From positions 47,678,001 through 47,742,000 of the forward strand of contig NC_090335.1 of the NCBI RefSeq assembly GCF_035084215.1: 64,000 nt of DNA. The letters are read 5' to 3'. Below, one piece after another: positions 37,019-50,164 of this stretch. Position 1 is the stretch's first letter. Each line of letters starts with the position of its first letter. The notes beneath the pieces were generated by a model. It did not search any database, had not been told where the DNA came from, and saw only the letters and a program-made list of their open reading frames with translations. The stretch comes from Heptranchias perlo. Lineage: Eukaryota. The position numbers and the translations under genes were made by a program.

Positions 37019-38490
37019 ATGGGGGGGAGTGCGCAGTAGATGTATTCAGCACTACATCTGAGGAGGAGGCACATCAGCATCTGTAGCAGGCACGGCGTGC
37101 AGTTCTGGGAGTTGCAGCTCCACAAGGCAGAGGTGCACCACAAGAAACTGCAGAAGAGCAGAGGGGGGAAGAATAGAAGGCCCGAGGTCGCAGGAGGCAC
37201 TAGCCTCGTGAGAGGGTCTACAGGCAGAGGCTGAGCTTCCTGGACCTCTCAGAGGAGCAGTGCCTACGAAGGCTCAGATTGAGTCGCCAGGTGGTCGCAG
37301 ACGTCTGTGCGCTCCTTCATGCAGAGCTGCTCCTGGATGGGCCCGATGGCCACGCATTGCCCGTTTCAGTTAAAGTCACCACTGCCCTCAACTTCTTTCC
37401 CTCCGGATCCTTCCAGGGTGCCACCAGTGACATCACCAGGATCTCTCAGTCATCTGCACATAAGTGTATACGACAGGTCACGGATGGCTTGTTTGCCAGG
37501 GTATCCGACTACGTCAACTTCCCCATCAACAACATCAGCCAGACTGAGAGGGCAGTGGGTTTCCACTCTCTGGCTGGCTTCCCAAGGGCACAGGGTGCAA
37601 TTGATTGCACACACGTAGCAATCCGAGGACCTCCACATGAGCCAGGACTGTTCATCAACCGAAAAGGATATCATTCCACCAATGCGCAGCTGGTTGCGAC
37701 CACCGGAAGAGGTTTCTGCAGGTTTGTGCCAAATTCCCGGGCAGCTGCCGTGATTCCTTCATTCTGCATGAATCCAACATCCCGGCCCTCTTCCACACAC
37801 AAAACAGACTTAAGGGCTGGCTCCTTGGAGACAAGGGATATTCCCTGCAGACATGGCTCATGACACTTGTGAGGAACCCCTCCAACAAGGCACAGCTGTG
37901 GTACAACGAGTCACATCACCACCAGGTCTGTCATTGAACAAGCCATAGGAATGCTGAAGATGCGCTTCAGGTGCCTGGATCGATCTGGGGGAATCCTTCA
38001 GTATTCACCGGCAAGGATGTGTAGAATAATAATCTGCAGGGAGTATCCCTTGTCTTCAAGGAGCCAGCCCTTAAGTCTGTTTTGTGCGTGGAAGAGGGCC
38101 GGGATGTTGGATTCACGCAGAATGAAGGAATCGTGGCAGCTGTCAGGGAATTTGGCGCACACCTGCAGAAACCTCTTCCGGTGGTCGCAAACCAGCTGTG
38201 CATTTATGAAGTGATATCCCTTTCAGTTGATGAACAGATTGCTACGTGTGTGCAATAATCGTGTGTTGCGTCCTGCACAACATCGCTCAACAGAGAGGGT
38301 TACAGGTGGATGAGGTCCCATGCGCTCGTGAAGCAGCTGCACCTGCCATCAACATTGAAGAAGACGAGGAGCAGGAGGAGGAGGAGGAGGGGGTCGGTGG
38401 ACGATGGGTGAACCATCGGCAGAGCAACATCTCGCCTGGCTGCTCGTGATGCCAGGAAGTCACTCATATTTGATAGATTCTCACAGGGAG
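37019..38490 (+). pseudogene. Harbinger (HARBI1-like) DDE transposase pseudogene
   Basis: GSFQ, AGFP..GAIDCTH (D1), NRKGYHS.N.QLV, GWLLGDKGY (D2), TRSVIEQAIGMLKMRFRCLD (E), CCVLHNIA and an acidic tail. Frameshifts and an inverted insertion at 38033-38256. Confidence 0.9.
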
Positions 38491-38808
38491 ATCTGCAAAG
38501 TGACAATAGTCAAGGACACAGACCACCTGGAATGAGCACCATCACCACCACCAACACCACCCACAGGTTGCATAAAACAGTCCTAAAACCACACAAATAC
38601 CCATTGTAAATGCACCCAATGGGTGGCATCAAGTCTCGCCATTTATGATGAAGCACATGAAAGGGCGCTTTCTCAAAAGGGACTCAAGAATGGGCAAGAA
38701 GTGGCAGCGGTGGTGAGAATCATAACATTTAACGTGCATTTAACCAAAGCCAAATATAATTGAAAAAGATGACAGTCTGTCAGGCACCCTTGTGCATACC
38801 CGTGGTGA

Positions 38809-40051
38809 TCACAAAACCTTCCACTTCCTCTTCCTACCGCTTCTACTTGGTGCATCCCATGTGGCTGTAGCAGAGGTAGTGGCAGGTTGCTCAGAATCAT
38901 GCCCGGACTGCTTAAATGCTTTCGGCTTATGCCCTCTGGGTTTTGGAGCCTGTGAGGGACCCGCCAAAGACTGCTCCACCTGCACCTGTGCAGGGGCAGA
39001 CTCAGCCATCTGGAGAGGAGGCAGCTTTGCGGGTACCGATTATGGGGGGGGGGGGCACCGGATGAGACATGGGGGCGCTTTGAGTGGAGTCTCCATTTCC
39101 ATGGCACCTTTCGCCACCATCTCTCCCCCAGGCCAGGCCCACATCACTCCTACCACTCTGTTGGACCACAGTTTGGAGGACATGTGTGACACCTTGTAAG
39201 GCCAGTGCTAATGTTTCAGTCTGCCTGTTTAAGGCGGCCGCATGTTGTTCACCCTGAGTCCGCACGGCTGTTGCCAGGGCCTGAATGGAGTCATTTGTGA
39301 GCCGTGCATGAAACGCAATGGAGGCTGCCATTCCATCCATTGCAATCATTCCCACACTTACCTGCAACATCAGTCCACTAATGCTGGAGGTGGACTCCTT
39401 CATCCTCTGCATCAATGTGGAAAATGTGCGTGGCATGTCTTCCAGTATGTCGCAAAGGTGCATCTGTACCTCTATCATTCTCCTTTTCAAGTATGGCCCC
39501 CGGTGTTCAGTATCTGTGCCAAGTTGAAGCTTGGAGATGAATGCGTCCACTGACACGGACTCTCTACTGCTGCCCCTGCCCCCAGTGTCTGCTCATGCTC
39601 GCTTGTGTGTGGTGACCCACCGGGTGACAACCCAACTACCTCTCTAATAGGACCCACTGAGGTGTGAGTATCTGCACTGGTGCATGACTCACTAAGATTT
39701 GGTGGATGACGTTAGAGGCATGGAGCTCCCCTGAGCAATGGCCGTCATCCACGTCTTCACTCCTTGATGACCCTGGAAGAGAACATACAGCAATATTAAG
39801 AATCAATGCAAAAGTAATGTTGCGATGAGCATACTGAGGTGGGCAACAGGTCAATCATTGATAACATCAATCCATGTTGTGTGTGAGGGATGTTAAAGGT
39901 CTGTCACCAGACATTTGTGGGGGTGCGGCCAGGCACTCCACCATTCGGCTAATTTCCAAGGCCTACTCCTTCGCCTCTGTCAGGGCCATGATTCATGGAG
40001 GCCTCCCTCCAATCTGACTCCTCTCCCTTGCATTTTGCGCTCACTTCTCCT
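38809..40051 (-). pseudogene. Harbinger accessory (Myb/SANT-like) gene remnant, C-terminal exons
   Basis: Minus-strand acceptor ccccttgtag| then EK*AQNARERSQIGGRPP (decayed R..TGGG motif). Second exon after tctcttccag| at about 39774 with coiled-coil-like and basic C-terminal (GRKRKWK) segments. Confidence 0.6.
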
Positions 40052-42293
40052 ACAAGGGGAGAAAGTACAGATGTGTGAGGGAGTCATGGTCCAGTGGAAT
40101 GTTTGTTCTACTACTTTCCAAAGTCGAGAAAGATCACGTGAGGCACGTGACATAACTACTGAGCCAAAATACAGCAATGAGGATTTTCTGTCCTATCCTT
40201 GGGTTTGTGACAAGATACCTAAATATTGAGCAGGTAAAGGCACACTTCAGGTCATAAGGCACAAAGGCTCACCCACTGAAGAGTCTGGGATGCTAAAGCT
40301 GAGAAAAATATCTTGAGTAAAACCCAACAACATAGCAGAGACTACAAGTTAGAATGCCATGAGCAACATACCACACAGCTGGAGGCAATGCCAAAAGAAG
40401 TTTCATTACCTTACCAAGCCGGCCAAGTTATGAGAACCCACTGTTACCTTCCATTAACTGAGTGTACTAAGCATCCACGGCACTTACAATTATGCACCCT
40501 TCACAGTATCTTAAAGCGCTTTCAGTACTAACCATGAACGTACATTATGTTGCAAGGTACACTTAGCAATACCATATCTGGACCTTTCAATTATTTAAAA
40601 GAACAATGCTTTCTGAGCATCAAGAGTTAGTGCTTTCATTGGCAATTGTGCTAAGCAGTATGCTGCAGTTGACGGCTTGGAGTCCACCACCCACATTGCA
40701 CAGCCTTGCATGATGGTTCATAACAGTACAGCCCATAATGAATTGGGTGGCAACTCCAGAAACACCTGCCGTAGAGCCCCCAAGTCTAAGGACAATTGGT
40801 GCTTCTCCCACGGATGTTCAGACTGCAGTCAGAAAGGCATGGTGTTCCAGGGTTGAATGGATTATCTCTTCTGGCTTTGATAGACTTGAGGATCAACTAA
40901 AGAGAGCCTTAGGGCTGGACTTTACTGATCTCATTGGTGCCAGTTGGTCTGTGCAGAACCTGTGTGGTAGTTCTCCACCCCAAATTTCAATCAGTTTCAC
41001 CCAACTTTTAGTTTTCAGATAAAACCAATCAGAAACCCTAGGCATTGGTCACATGCACTGGCAGTTAGGTCAAAGAGTACTTCTATTTAGAATAATATAC
41101 TGAACCAGGTCAAAGAGCTGAGCACATTTGGATTTCACAATTCAATGGAACCAACTCACATTTGTTTTTTTACATTTTTCAAATACAACAAAAATTGGTC
41201 ATAGATAATCTGTGCAGTTATGTTTTATGACCTAGTGGGGACCAATTACAGCCTCCATAATCAGTTATTTTGGAGACCACCTCATCGGTGCCTTTGACTT
41301 ATATATTTGTGTTATTTATAAATGTTAAAATGTTCTAAACTTTTCTATTCTTCTCTGCTCTCAGCTGAACTGCTGCTTTGGATGACAAGCATTGAACGGC
41401 TTGCTGTGACTCTGACTAATAGTGGTAATGACAGGAGAACATAAGAAACAATAATGTACTAGACAGGTTAATTACAGTGAAAATGGTCTCAAATGCATTA
41501 ACTGCAGCTCTTTTGTTGAAATTTGAAACAATGACCTTTGATGAACGTCAGTATTATATTAATACACAGAGTGAATCACTGCTATTAACCTTCAACTGCT
41601 GATGTGATCGGTTTCATCTTCAGTGGCACTCTCCAGTTTACACCAAAGGGAGTGTGTTACAATTTAAAAGTAACATTTATGCTCCAGGCTACACCATTTA
41701 AGGGCAAGTGTAATAAGTACACTTGTTGATTCACCTTGGATAACTGCCAACACTGAGCTGGTGACAGTCTCTAAATTTTGATGAGGAGAGCTTTCAGAAA
41801 TTCACATTGGTTTAATTTTACATCCCTTTGCTTCTGTCCCTTTTTGATTTCTTAATGCTGCCTCCAAGTTCCATTCCCCCTCCCTAATCCTGATGGCATC
41901 ATGCTCTTTGCCCTGGGTATCTCCAGTCGAACAGGGATGAGCATTTGGATTCATTTAAGATTAGTAGTAGACTGGGACTATCCAAAATTTAACTGACATC
42001 AGCAAAAAAGGCATGTGAGTATGTTGGGACCACCTCCCTGGACCACCAGGAAACTTATACATATCAGGAACTGTCCCCAGCATTCCCTCCACTGAAGCAG
42101 ATTCAGTGTGGTGCAAATTATATTTCTATTTATATATAATTTGCACTTGATCCTGTTTTCTCCACACCACATCCAAGTTGGCATTGAAATGGTGATCTTC
42201 CACCGGACTAAAATTATAGCAAATTTTGCTCTCTTTGTTTTTGGCTAAACCCAATACACTGACTGGCAGAGTAATGATTTTATTTCACTGCAG

Positions 42294-42674
42294 GTAAGAA
42301 GTTTCTTGCTCTGATTAAAGCCACTGCAGTCAATATTACTGTAGGTGGTTCACTGGAGATAACCTGCACGGTTGAAGCTCAGAATTTCCCAGATCGCTTC
42401 TTCTCTGTTGCCTGGTTCCTGGACAACAATGAGATAATCCGTATTGGACCAAATGCAGTACCATCCTTTCATGGTGAATATGAAATGAGAGAGACCTTGG
42501 GAAAGGTGACGGTCAGTAAGAAAAATGACAGAGACTATGTTCTGAAAATGTATCAGATTCAAGTGGAGGATGGCGGAGCATATCACTGTCAGGTGGAGGA
42601 GAGTGAGAAAATTTCATCTGGAGCATTCTCTACTAAGAAATCTAACGAGGTTACAATCACTGTTCAACGGCCAC
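42294..42674 (+). CDS. CD101: CD101/IGSF3-like exon 4, Ig domain 3
   Basis: Acceptor tttcactgcag|, donor CCAC|GTAAGA, 381 nt, open throughout: GKKFLALIK..LEITCTVEAQNFPDRFFSVAW..GPNAVP..EDGGAYHCQV. Only partly shown in the ORF track (42485..42694). Confidence 0.93.
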
Positions 42675-42959
42675 GTAAGAAACATTCAAATTGACTTTAC
42701 TCTTCTTTTTGTAGTGATTAAGATATTAGGAGCATGTTTATATTTTTATCCTGAAAAACGTCTGGTCAACGCCCAGATAATTGTAAAATCTCAAACTCAA
42801 TGGGGTAGAAATTTGTCTTGGGCAACAGTGCAAAACAGGCGATAACGAATTGGCCGTCCATTTTACACTCCGTCCAATTTTCTTGTCCATTGAAGTCAAT
42901 GGAGAACAAAATGCCTTAAAAAAAATTGCCTCCTCTTCAGGGCTCTATGATTATGACTC

Positions 42960-44520
42960 AGGCCTGGACTTCCAGGTATATCTCCTGACCCCTTTTTAAA
43001 TAGTGAACTTGTATTACCACTCTATAAATTCTCAGGAATCATTCCTCAATTTAACAAACTTACAACAATGTCTGTTAAAGTTCATTTCAATCTCTATCCC
43101 CTTTTAGACGTATGGCTGCGTGTAGCTGAATAGGTACTTTGACTTTTTTAAGAACACCCCACCTTTTTATAAGCATACCCTTTGTTATTTACATATTGTT
43201 AATCTCCCCCTCTGCAGTTTCTGGAAATCTGATATTTGACTTAGGCAACAATCCTTCTTCTTCCTGAGTAAAAACAGATTTGAAGTAACCATTTAATAAC
43301 TCTGCTATTTCTTTGTTACCATATTCTGGTTTCCAGCTATCAGTTTTAAGTGAACCAATACTTTCTTCACCATGTGTATACTACATAATAACATCTTTGT
43401 GTCTGTCTGAATGCAGACTCATAAATGAGCTTTCTGATTGGTTTGGTGTAGCCTTCTCTACATTCAGTATTTATACAGTTTCTGACTGGTTAAGAAAAGG
43501 TTTTCTGCAAGATGAAGTCAATGTGATAGTTTCCTCCTTCAACCTCCACCACCATCTCAGCAGAGATACAAAACCAAACCTAGTTTGTTTTGATAATACC
43601 TGCCAGCAGATCCCCTGCTGTTCACTCCTTGGGCCTTCCACTGCCAGCCTCCGCCTTCCCTACTGCTTGCACCATGAACCTTCCATTCTCTGGCAGGCCT
43701 CAGCCTTTACTTGCCACTCACTCCCAACCCTGCCTTGGCCCTGTCGTCCCAATCACTCCTGGGCCTCTGTGTCTACCACAATCTGCCTGACCTCATGCTA
43801 TATTTAAGTGCTGGAAATATGCAAAACAAGGTTGCAAAATATGAACCATATGTGTATTGTTCTCAGCCATCTTAAATTCAGTAGTTTTTTCACTTGCTTT
43901 GTCTTATCTTTATAATTTTATAATTTTCGCAATCCTCCTGCCTACTGAATTATTTATATATTTTGATAGCCTTCTGCCTATCCCCATGATTTTCCTTTAA
44001 TCACATTGGCCTCTGTTGCCTTTTAATCTGTTTAGATTTGATTTGATGGGAATGTCTTACGATTGTAGCTTTTGCATAACATTTGCTTAAATACTTCCCA
44101 TTTTCTACTGTAGATCCTTAATCATTATTGTGTTCCAGTTAACCTTTGTTTAACCCATTTTGCATTCCCTCAAAATCTGTTTTTTAAAAATTCCAACATT
44201 TTTGTGCCATTGTCGTTTTTACATTGGCTGTGAATATGATATTAGGATCATTAGATCGAAGATAGTACTCCATTTCTTTCCAATGTAATATACGTAGTTA
44301 ATTACTAAAGATTAGGGCCAGAAGAACAGCTAAATGTATTGCTGTTCAACAAATTGAGTAAAAGAAGCAATACTACACCACTTCAGGAAACACTCCTCTT
44401 TCATTCTTTTTCTGCTATTTTACCCAGTCAATTGAAATTCCCTATTATTAAAATGCTGTCCTTCTTACAGACATCCTTGTTTGCAAAAGCATCTCCTTGT
44501 CTACCCTTTGCTCCTGTCCA
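42960..44520 (-). mobile_element. Highly degenerate CR1-like LINE remnants
   Basis: Patchy similarity to the reverse strand of CR1 ORF2 (ccctttttaaatag..; aaaacagatttgaagtaaccatttaataactctgctattt). Confidence 0.4.
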
Positions 44521-44575
44521 TGAGATCGATAACAATAATAATTAACTTTTTCCTTCATTATCCATGATCTTAGTT

Positions 44576-46642
44576 AAGAACATAAGAAATAGGAGCAGGA
44601 GTAGGCCAATCGGCCCCTCGGGCCTGCTCCGCCATTCAATACGATAATGGCTGATCTGATCCTAACCTCAAATCTAAAGAACACAAGAAGTAGGAGCAGG
44701 ACCCGGCCACTCAGCCCCTGGGCCCGCTCTGCCACCCACAGAGCCTTGTCCGATCCGAACTCAGCTTCATGTCCAATTTCCTGCCCGCTCCCCTTAACCC
44801 CTAATTCCCTTTACTTCTAGGAAACTGTCATTTTCTGTTTTAAATTTATTTAATGATGTAGCTTCCACAGCTTCCTGGGGCAGCAAATTCCACAGACCTA
44901 CTACCCTCTGAGTGAAGAAGTTTCTCCTCATCTCAGTTTTGAAAGAGCAGCCCCTTATTCTAAGATTATGCCCCCTAGTTCTAGTTTCACCCATCCTTGG
45001 GAACATCCTTACCGCATCCACCCGATCAAGCCCCTTCACAATCTTATATGTTTCAATAAGATCGCCTCTCATTCTTCTGAACTCCAATGAGTAGAGTCCC
45101 AATCTACTCAACCTCTCCTCATTTCTCCGCCCCCTCATCCCCAGAATTAGCCAAGTGAACCTTCTTTGTACTGCCTCGAGATCAAGTATGTCTTTTCTTA
45201 AGTATGGACACCAAAACTGTATGCAGTATTCCAGGTGCGGTCTCACCAATACCTTATATGACTGCAGCAATACCTCCCTGCTTTTATATTCTATCCCCCT
45301 AGCAATAAAAGCCAACATTCCGTTGGCCTTCTTGATCACCTGCTGCACCTGCATACTAACTTTTTGATTTTCTTGCACTAGGACCCCCAGATCCCTTTGT
45401 ACTGCAGTACTTTCCAGTTTCTCGCCTTTAAGATAATAACTTGCTCTCTGATTTTTCCTGCCAAAGTGCATAACCTCACATTTTTCAATATTGTATTGCA
45501 TCTGCCAAATCTCGGCCCACTCACCCAGCCTATCTATATTCCCTTGTAGGTTTTCTATGTCCTCCTCACTCTTTACTTTCCCTCCCATCTTTGTATCATC
45601 TGCAAACTTTGATATGTTACACTCGGTCCCCTCCTCCAAATCGTTAATATAGATTGTAAAGAGTTGGGGACCCAGCACCGACCCCTGCGGAACACCACTG
45701 GCTACTGGTTGCCAGTCCGAGAATGAACCATTTATCCCAACTCTCTGCTTCCTGTTAGATAAGCAATCCTCCACCCATGCCAGAATATTACCCCCAATCC
45801 AGTGATTCTTTATCTTGAGCAATAATCTTTTATGTGGCACCTTGTCGAATGCCTTCTGGAAGTCCAAATACACTACGTCCACTGGTTCCCCTTTATCCAC
45901 CCTTTACGTTATGTCCTCAAAGAACTCAAGCAAATTTGTCAGACATGATTTCCCCTTCATAAAGCCATGCTGACTTTGTCCTATTAAATTATGTTTATCT
46001 AAATGTTCCGTTACTGTCTCCTTAATAATAGACTCCAAAAGTTTACCCACCACAGATGTTAGGCTAACTGGTCCATAATTTTCAGCCTCCTGCCTACTAC
46101 CCTTTTTAAATAAGGGTGTTACATTAGCAGTTTTCCAATCTGCCGGGACCTTTGCCGAGTCCAGAGAATTTTGGAAAATTATTACCAAAGCATCCACAAT
46201 CCCTACTGCCACTTCCCTCAAGACCCTAGGATGTAAGCCATCAGGTCCAGGGGATTTATCCACCTTGAGTCCCATTAATTTACTGAGTATCAATTCCTTA
46301 GTGATTTTAATCGTATTTAGCTCCTCCCCACCTAGAGCCCCCTGTTTGTCCAGTGTTGGGATATTCTCAGTGTCCTCAACCGTAAAGACTGAAACAAAAT
46401 ATTTGTTCAGCATTTTTGCCATCTCCATGTTTCCCACCATTAATTTCCCGGTCTCATCCTCTAAGGAACCTACGTTTGCCTTAGCCACCCTTTTTCTTTT
46501 TATATAACTGTAGAAACTCTTGCTATCTGTTTTTATATTTTTTGCTAATTTATTTTCATAATCTATCTTCCCTTTCTTAATCAATCCTTTAGTTACTTTT
46601 TGCTGTCTTTTGAAGACTTCCCAATCTTCTATCCTCCCACTA
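44576..46642 (-). mobile_element. Young CR1 LINE, 5'-truncated, near-intact RT
   Basis: ORFs 46665-45904 and 45900-44794 are in one frame, separated by a single TAA. KSPGPDGLHP, VYLDFQKAFDKVPH, GVPQGSVLGP, SKFADDTK, LRRMRGDLIE-like C-terminus; tail aagaacataagaa on +. Confidence 0.95.
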
Positions 46643-48279
46643 AGTTTACAGTGTCTCGGCTGCATATGATTTCTTTCTATTCACGCAGTGTCCTTTCTTA
46701 CCTACATTTTCAATTTTTCACCTCCTTTGTGGTGCCTATTCATTCTGTAGACTCTATACCTTGGTTTTTAATTTCCAAGTTAATGTCCTGGTTTAACTAG
46801 AGATCTATTATTCTTATCTCATTGCACGTTACCAATAATAGATGTTTCATATTTTACAAACTTGTTCTGCATATTTCTAGCAATACTATGCATTAGTTTA
46901 TCTATTTTGTCCTTTATTACCATGTAATTTTCCCTCGTGGTCTATGCATCCCACCCTCTTAATGTACTATCCCCTCATGCAATGAATGCGGGTAATACTG
47001 GTGATGCTGCGTGATTCAAAGGAAGGAGGGGATATTGCAGACACAACCTGCCGGGAAACAATAAAGCTGCATTACCACCAACTAGATTACTTGGCTCTTG
47101 GGACAGAAAGAAAGTGTAATGTCATATTGGTTTCTATGGGAAATGGGTTTCAGCAGTCTGAAACCAGCTCCAAATGGAAATGATTCTGCAGCACAAAGCT
47201 TGTTTTGAATTCAGGCTGACCCACTGAAGAAGTCAATGAGGATGGCAAAATGGAAATATCATCGTGGTGTAGTAGTTGGTGCTCTTCTGAAGTTAGAGTT
47301 GGGACAGTACAGAAAGAGTGTTACCATGTACCTAATTCATATTATTGCTAAGTTGGGAGTCCTTGATGCTGACACTTGGTGGAAAAATAGGAAACAATTT
47401 ATAGTTTCTCTCATCTTAAATAGCACAAAGTTCACTGAAGGAAAACTGGCGATACTGCCCTTGAACAAATCACGAACTCATGGATGCCAGAAATTGCGAC
47501 ATCTGTCAGTGTTATATAAATGCACTGGGATTGTCCATCTGAGAGAAAAGACCTTCATCCTCTCCCTGTTGGCTGGATATAAATCCAGGCGGTGGAGAGA
47601 AAAGTGCAGCAATTGGACATGGAGATAGAATATATAACAAATACTTAATTTTTTGATAATCAGGGGAAAAATGTTATTCAGTCCATATTGAGCTGAGGTT
47701 ATATGAGATTATGCTTGCAATTTACAATCCTTTTCACTGCCTTTCCGCCTATGTTACGCAGTCTCTACTATACACTAATGATAACTGAGAGTCAAGAATA
47801 AGTTTCTTTTCAGAAATATATCTTTTGAAAAAAGATGCACAGATATTTGATAGTGAATCAATTCTGAGGTTCTGCTGATGTTCACACACCTCTTGATCTA
47901 TATTATGTTATCTAATATGTTTGATTAAATCCAGAGTTTAGGGGGTGACTTTAACCCCCGCCCCCCGCCCCCAGGCAGGTGTGGGAGTAAGATATTAAAA
48001 ATGGGCAACCCGACCCTATACCGCCGTTTGCCTCCAATTTAACTTAATTTTAGTTTTAGTGCCTGCAGGCCGGGTTTCTTGGGCCTCAGGAAACCCGGCA
48101 GCTGAAGGGAGGCGTGAAGGGCCGGATCCAGCAGATAAGTGCCATTACAGCACTGCTTGTGGGCCAGGAGGAGCAGGAGTGCTTGCCCCCAGCCCACTAA
48201 GCTTACCTCCACAAGATTGGCCAACCCCTGCACCCCCACCCCCGCTGCGCGGGATCCCTGTGGTCAGCCGACCCCCCAC

Positions 48280-49400
48280 CGCGATGCCCAACATCCACCT
48301 GCGATGCCTGACATCTCCCCGCAATGCCCGACTCCGCCCACGATACCCGACTCCCCCCGTGATGTCTGACTCCGCCCCGCGACATCCAGCTCGTCACCCC
48401 CGTGATGCCCGACTCCCTCCCACAATGCCCGACCACTCCCCACGATATCCAACTCGTCACCCCCACGACGTCCGACTCCCCCCGCGATGTCCAACATGTT
48501 CCCCCCCCACAACTTCTGACTCGTCACCCCTGCGATGTCCGACGCCCCCCTCCCCCAACGATGTCTGATTCCCTCCCCCCCGTGATGTCCTCCAACTCCT
48601 CCCCCGTGATGTCCTCCAACTCCTCCCCCGTGATGTCCAACTCCTCCCCTGTGATGTCCTCCAACTCCTCCCCCGTGATGTCCAACTCCTCCCCTGTGAT
48701 GTCCAACTCCTCCCCCGTGATGTCCTCCAACTCCTCCCCCGTGATGTCCAACTCCTCCCCCGTGATGTCCAACTCCTCCCCCGTGATGTCCTCCAACTCC
48801 TCCCCCGTGATGTCCTCCAACTCCTCCCCCGCGATGTCCAACTCCTCCCCCGTGATGTCCTCCAACTCCTCCCCCGTGATGTCCAACTCCTCCCCCGTGA
48901 TGTCCAACTCCTCCCCCATGATGTCCAACTCCTCCCCCATGATGTCCAACTCCTCCCCCGTGATGTCCAACTCCTCCCCTGTGATGTCCAACTCCTCCCC
49001 CGTGATGTCCTCCAACTCCTCCCCCGTGATGTCCAACTCCTCCCCCGTGATGTCCAACTCCTCCCCCGTGATGTCCTCCAACTCCTCCCCCGTAATGTCC
49101 TCCAACTCCTCCCCCGTGATGTCCAACTCCTCCCCCGTGATGTCCAACTCCTCCCCCGTGATGTCCAACTCCTCCCCCGTAATGTCCTCCAACTCCTCCC
49201 CCGTGATGTCCAACTCCTCCCCCGTAATGTCCTCCAACTCCTCCCCCGTGATGTCCAACTCCTCCCCCGTAATGTCCTCCAACTCCTCCCCCATGATGTC
49301 CGGCTCCTCCCCCGTGATGTCCAGCTCCTCCCCCGTGATGTCTAACACCCCCCTGCGATATCAGACTGCCCCCCGTGATATCCGACTTCACCCTCCTCCC
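48280..49400. repeat. Minisatellite G, 21/24 bp unit GTGATGTCC(TCC)AACTCCTCCCCC with degenerate flanks
   Basis: Homogeneous core at about 48575-49340; diverged units on both sides. Confidence 0.95.
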
Positions 49401-49759
49401 CCCCGCACTGTCCAACTCCGCCCAACCCCGCAATGCCCTCCGACCTCCCCCCCCCCACAGCCGCAATGTTGGACTCATCTCTGCTCCACTCCCCAGCTGC
49501 CATCCCACCCAACAGCCAGCCAGACCGTCAAACTGGCTGGCTACAGCCAGGAAACCTGTTGAAAAAATTTTAAAGAGGTCCTGTCGTTAAATTCAGCAGG
49601 AGTTGCGGGTAAGCCATACTTCTGGGTACCCTGGCCTCAAATCCTCCCCCACTGCTCCCTTCCCACCTCATGGTTATTATCAGGGCTTATATCTCTCTAC
49701 CAAACATTCATAGCCTCAATGTATTTCTCACAGTAACACTAATTTTTGTTGTTTCACAG

Positions 49760-50164
49760 AAGCCAACCGAAATGTAGTAATCAGCAGTAATACTACCGAG
49801 GTTTTGGAAAGCGATTACCTTCAGTTTGCTTGTGGTATTCATTCAGTAACTGCAGGCTATGGTCAGCTCTCTATTACCTGGCAGTTCATAAACAAACAGG
49901 ACCTAAGCTATGATATCATTGGAATGAACCAAGATGGTACTCAGGTTACTTATCAACCTTACCACGAGCGCGTCGTTAACAGTGATGTCAGAATGGCAAG
50001 AGTGAGATCGGATTCCTTCACGTTGGTTATTTATAATGCACTGACTTCAGATGAAGGGCAGTATGCTTGCCAAGTGATGGAATGGGCAGCAGAGTCTAAT
50101 GGAAACTGGCAGCTAATCGGAGATTATGTCAGCGGCAATATGACAGTGACTATCAAATCACTTG
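49760..50164 (+). CDS. CD101: CD101/IGSF3-like exon 5, Ig domain 4
   Basis: Acceptor gtttcacag|, donor CTTG|GTAAGC, 405 nt. LQFAC..LSITWQ..DEGQYACQVMEW..VTIKSL. Confidence 0.93.

Larger units (their letters stand above)
36490..40085. mobile_element. Decayed PIF/Harbinger DNA transposon with convergent transposase and Myb-like genes
   Basis: Transposase remnants on + and accessory gene remnants on -, in tail-to-tail layout. Boundaries approximate. Confidence 0.8.

Noticed and set aside
37279-37863. Host HARBI1 gene
   Set aside because: Frameshifts, an internal inversion and an adjacent decayed accessory gene indicate a dead transposon, not the domesticated gene.
48264-49562. Gly/His-rich, SSPVMSN and EELDITG ORFs
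   Set aside because: 21/24-bp units keep all frames open; intronic tandem repeat.
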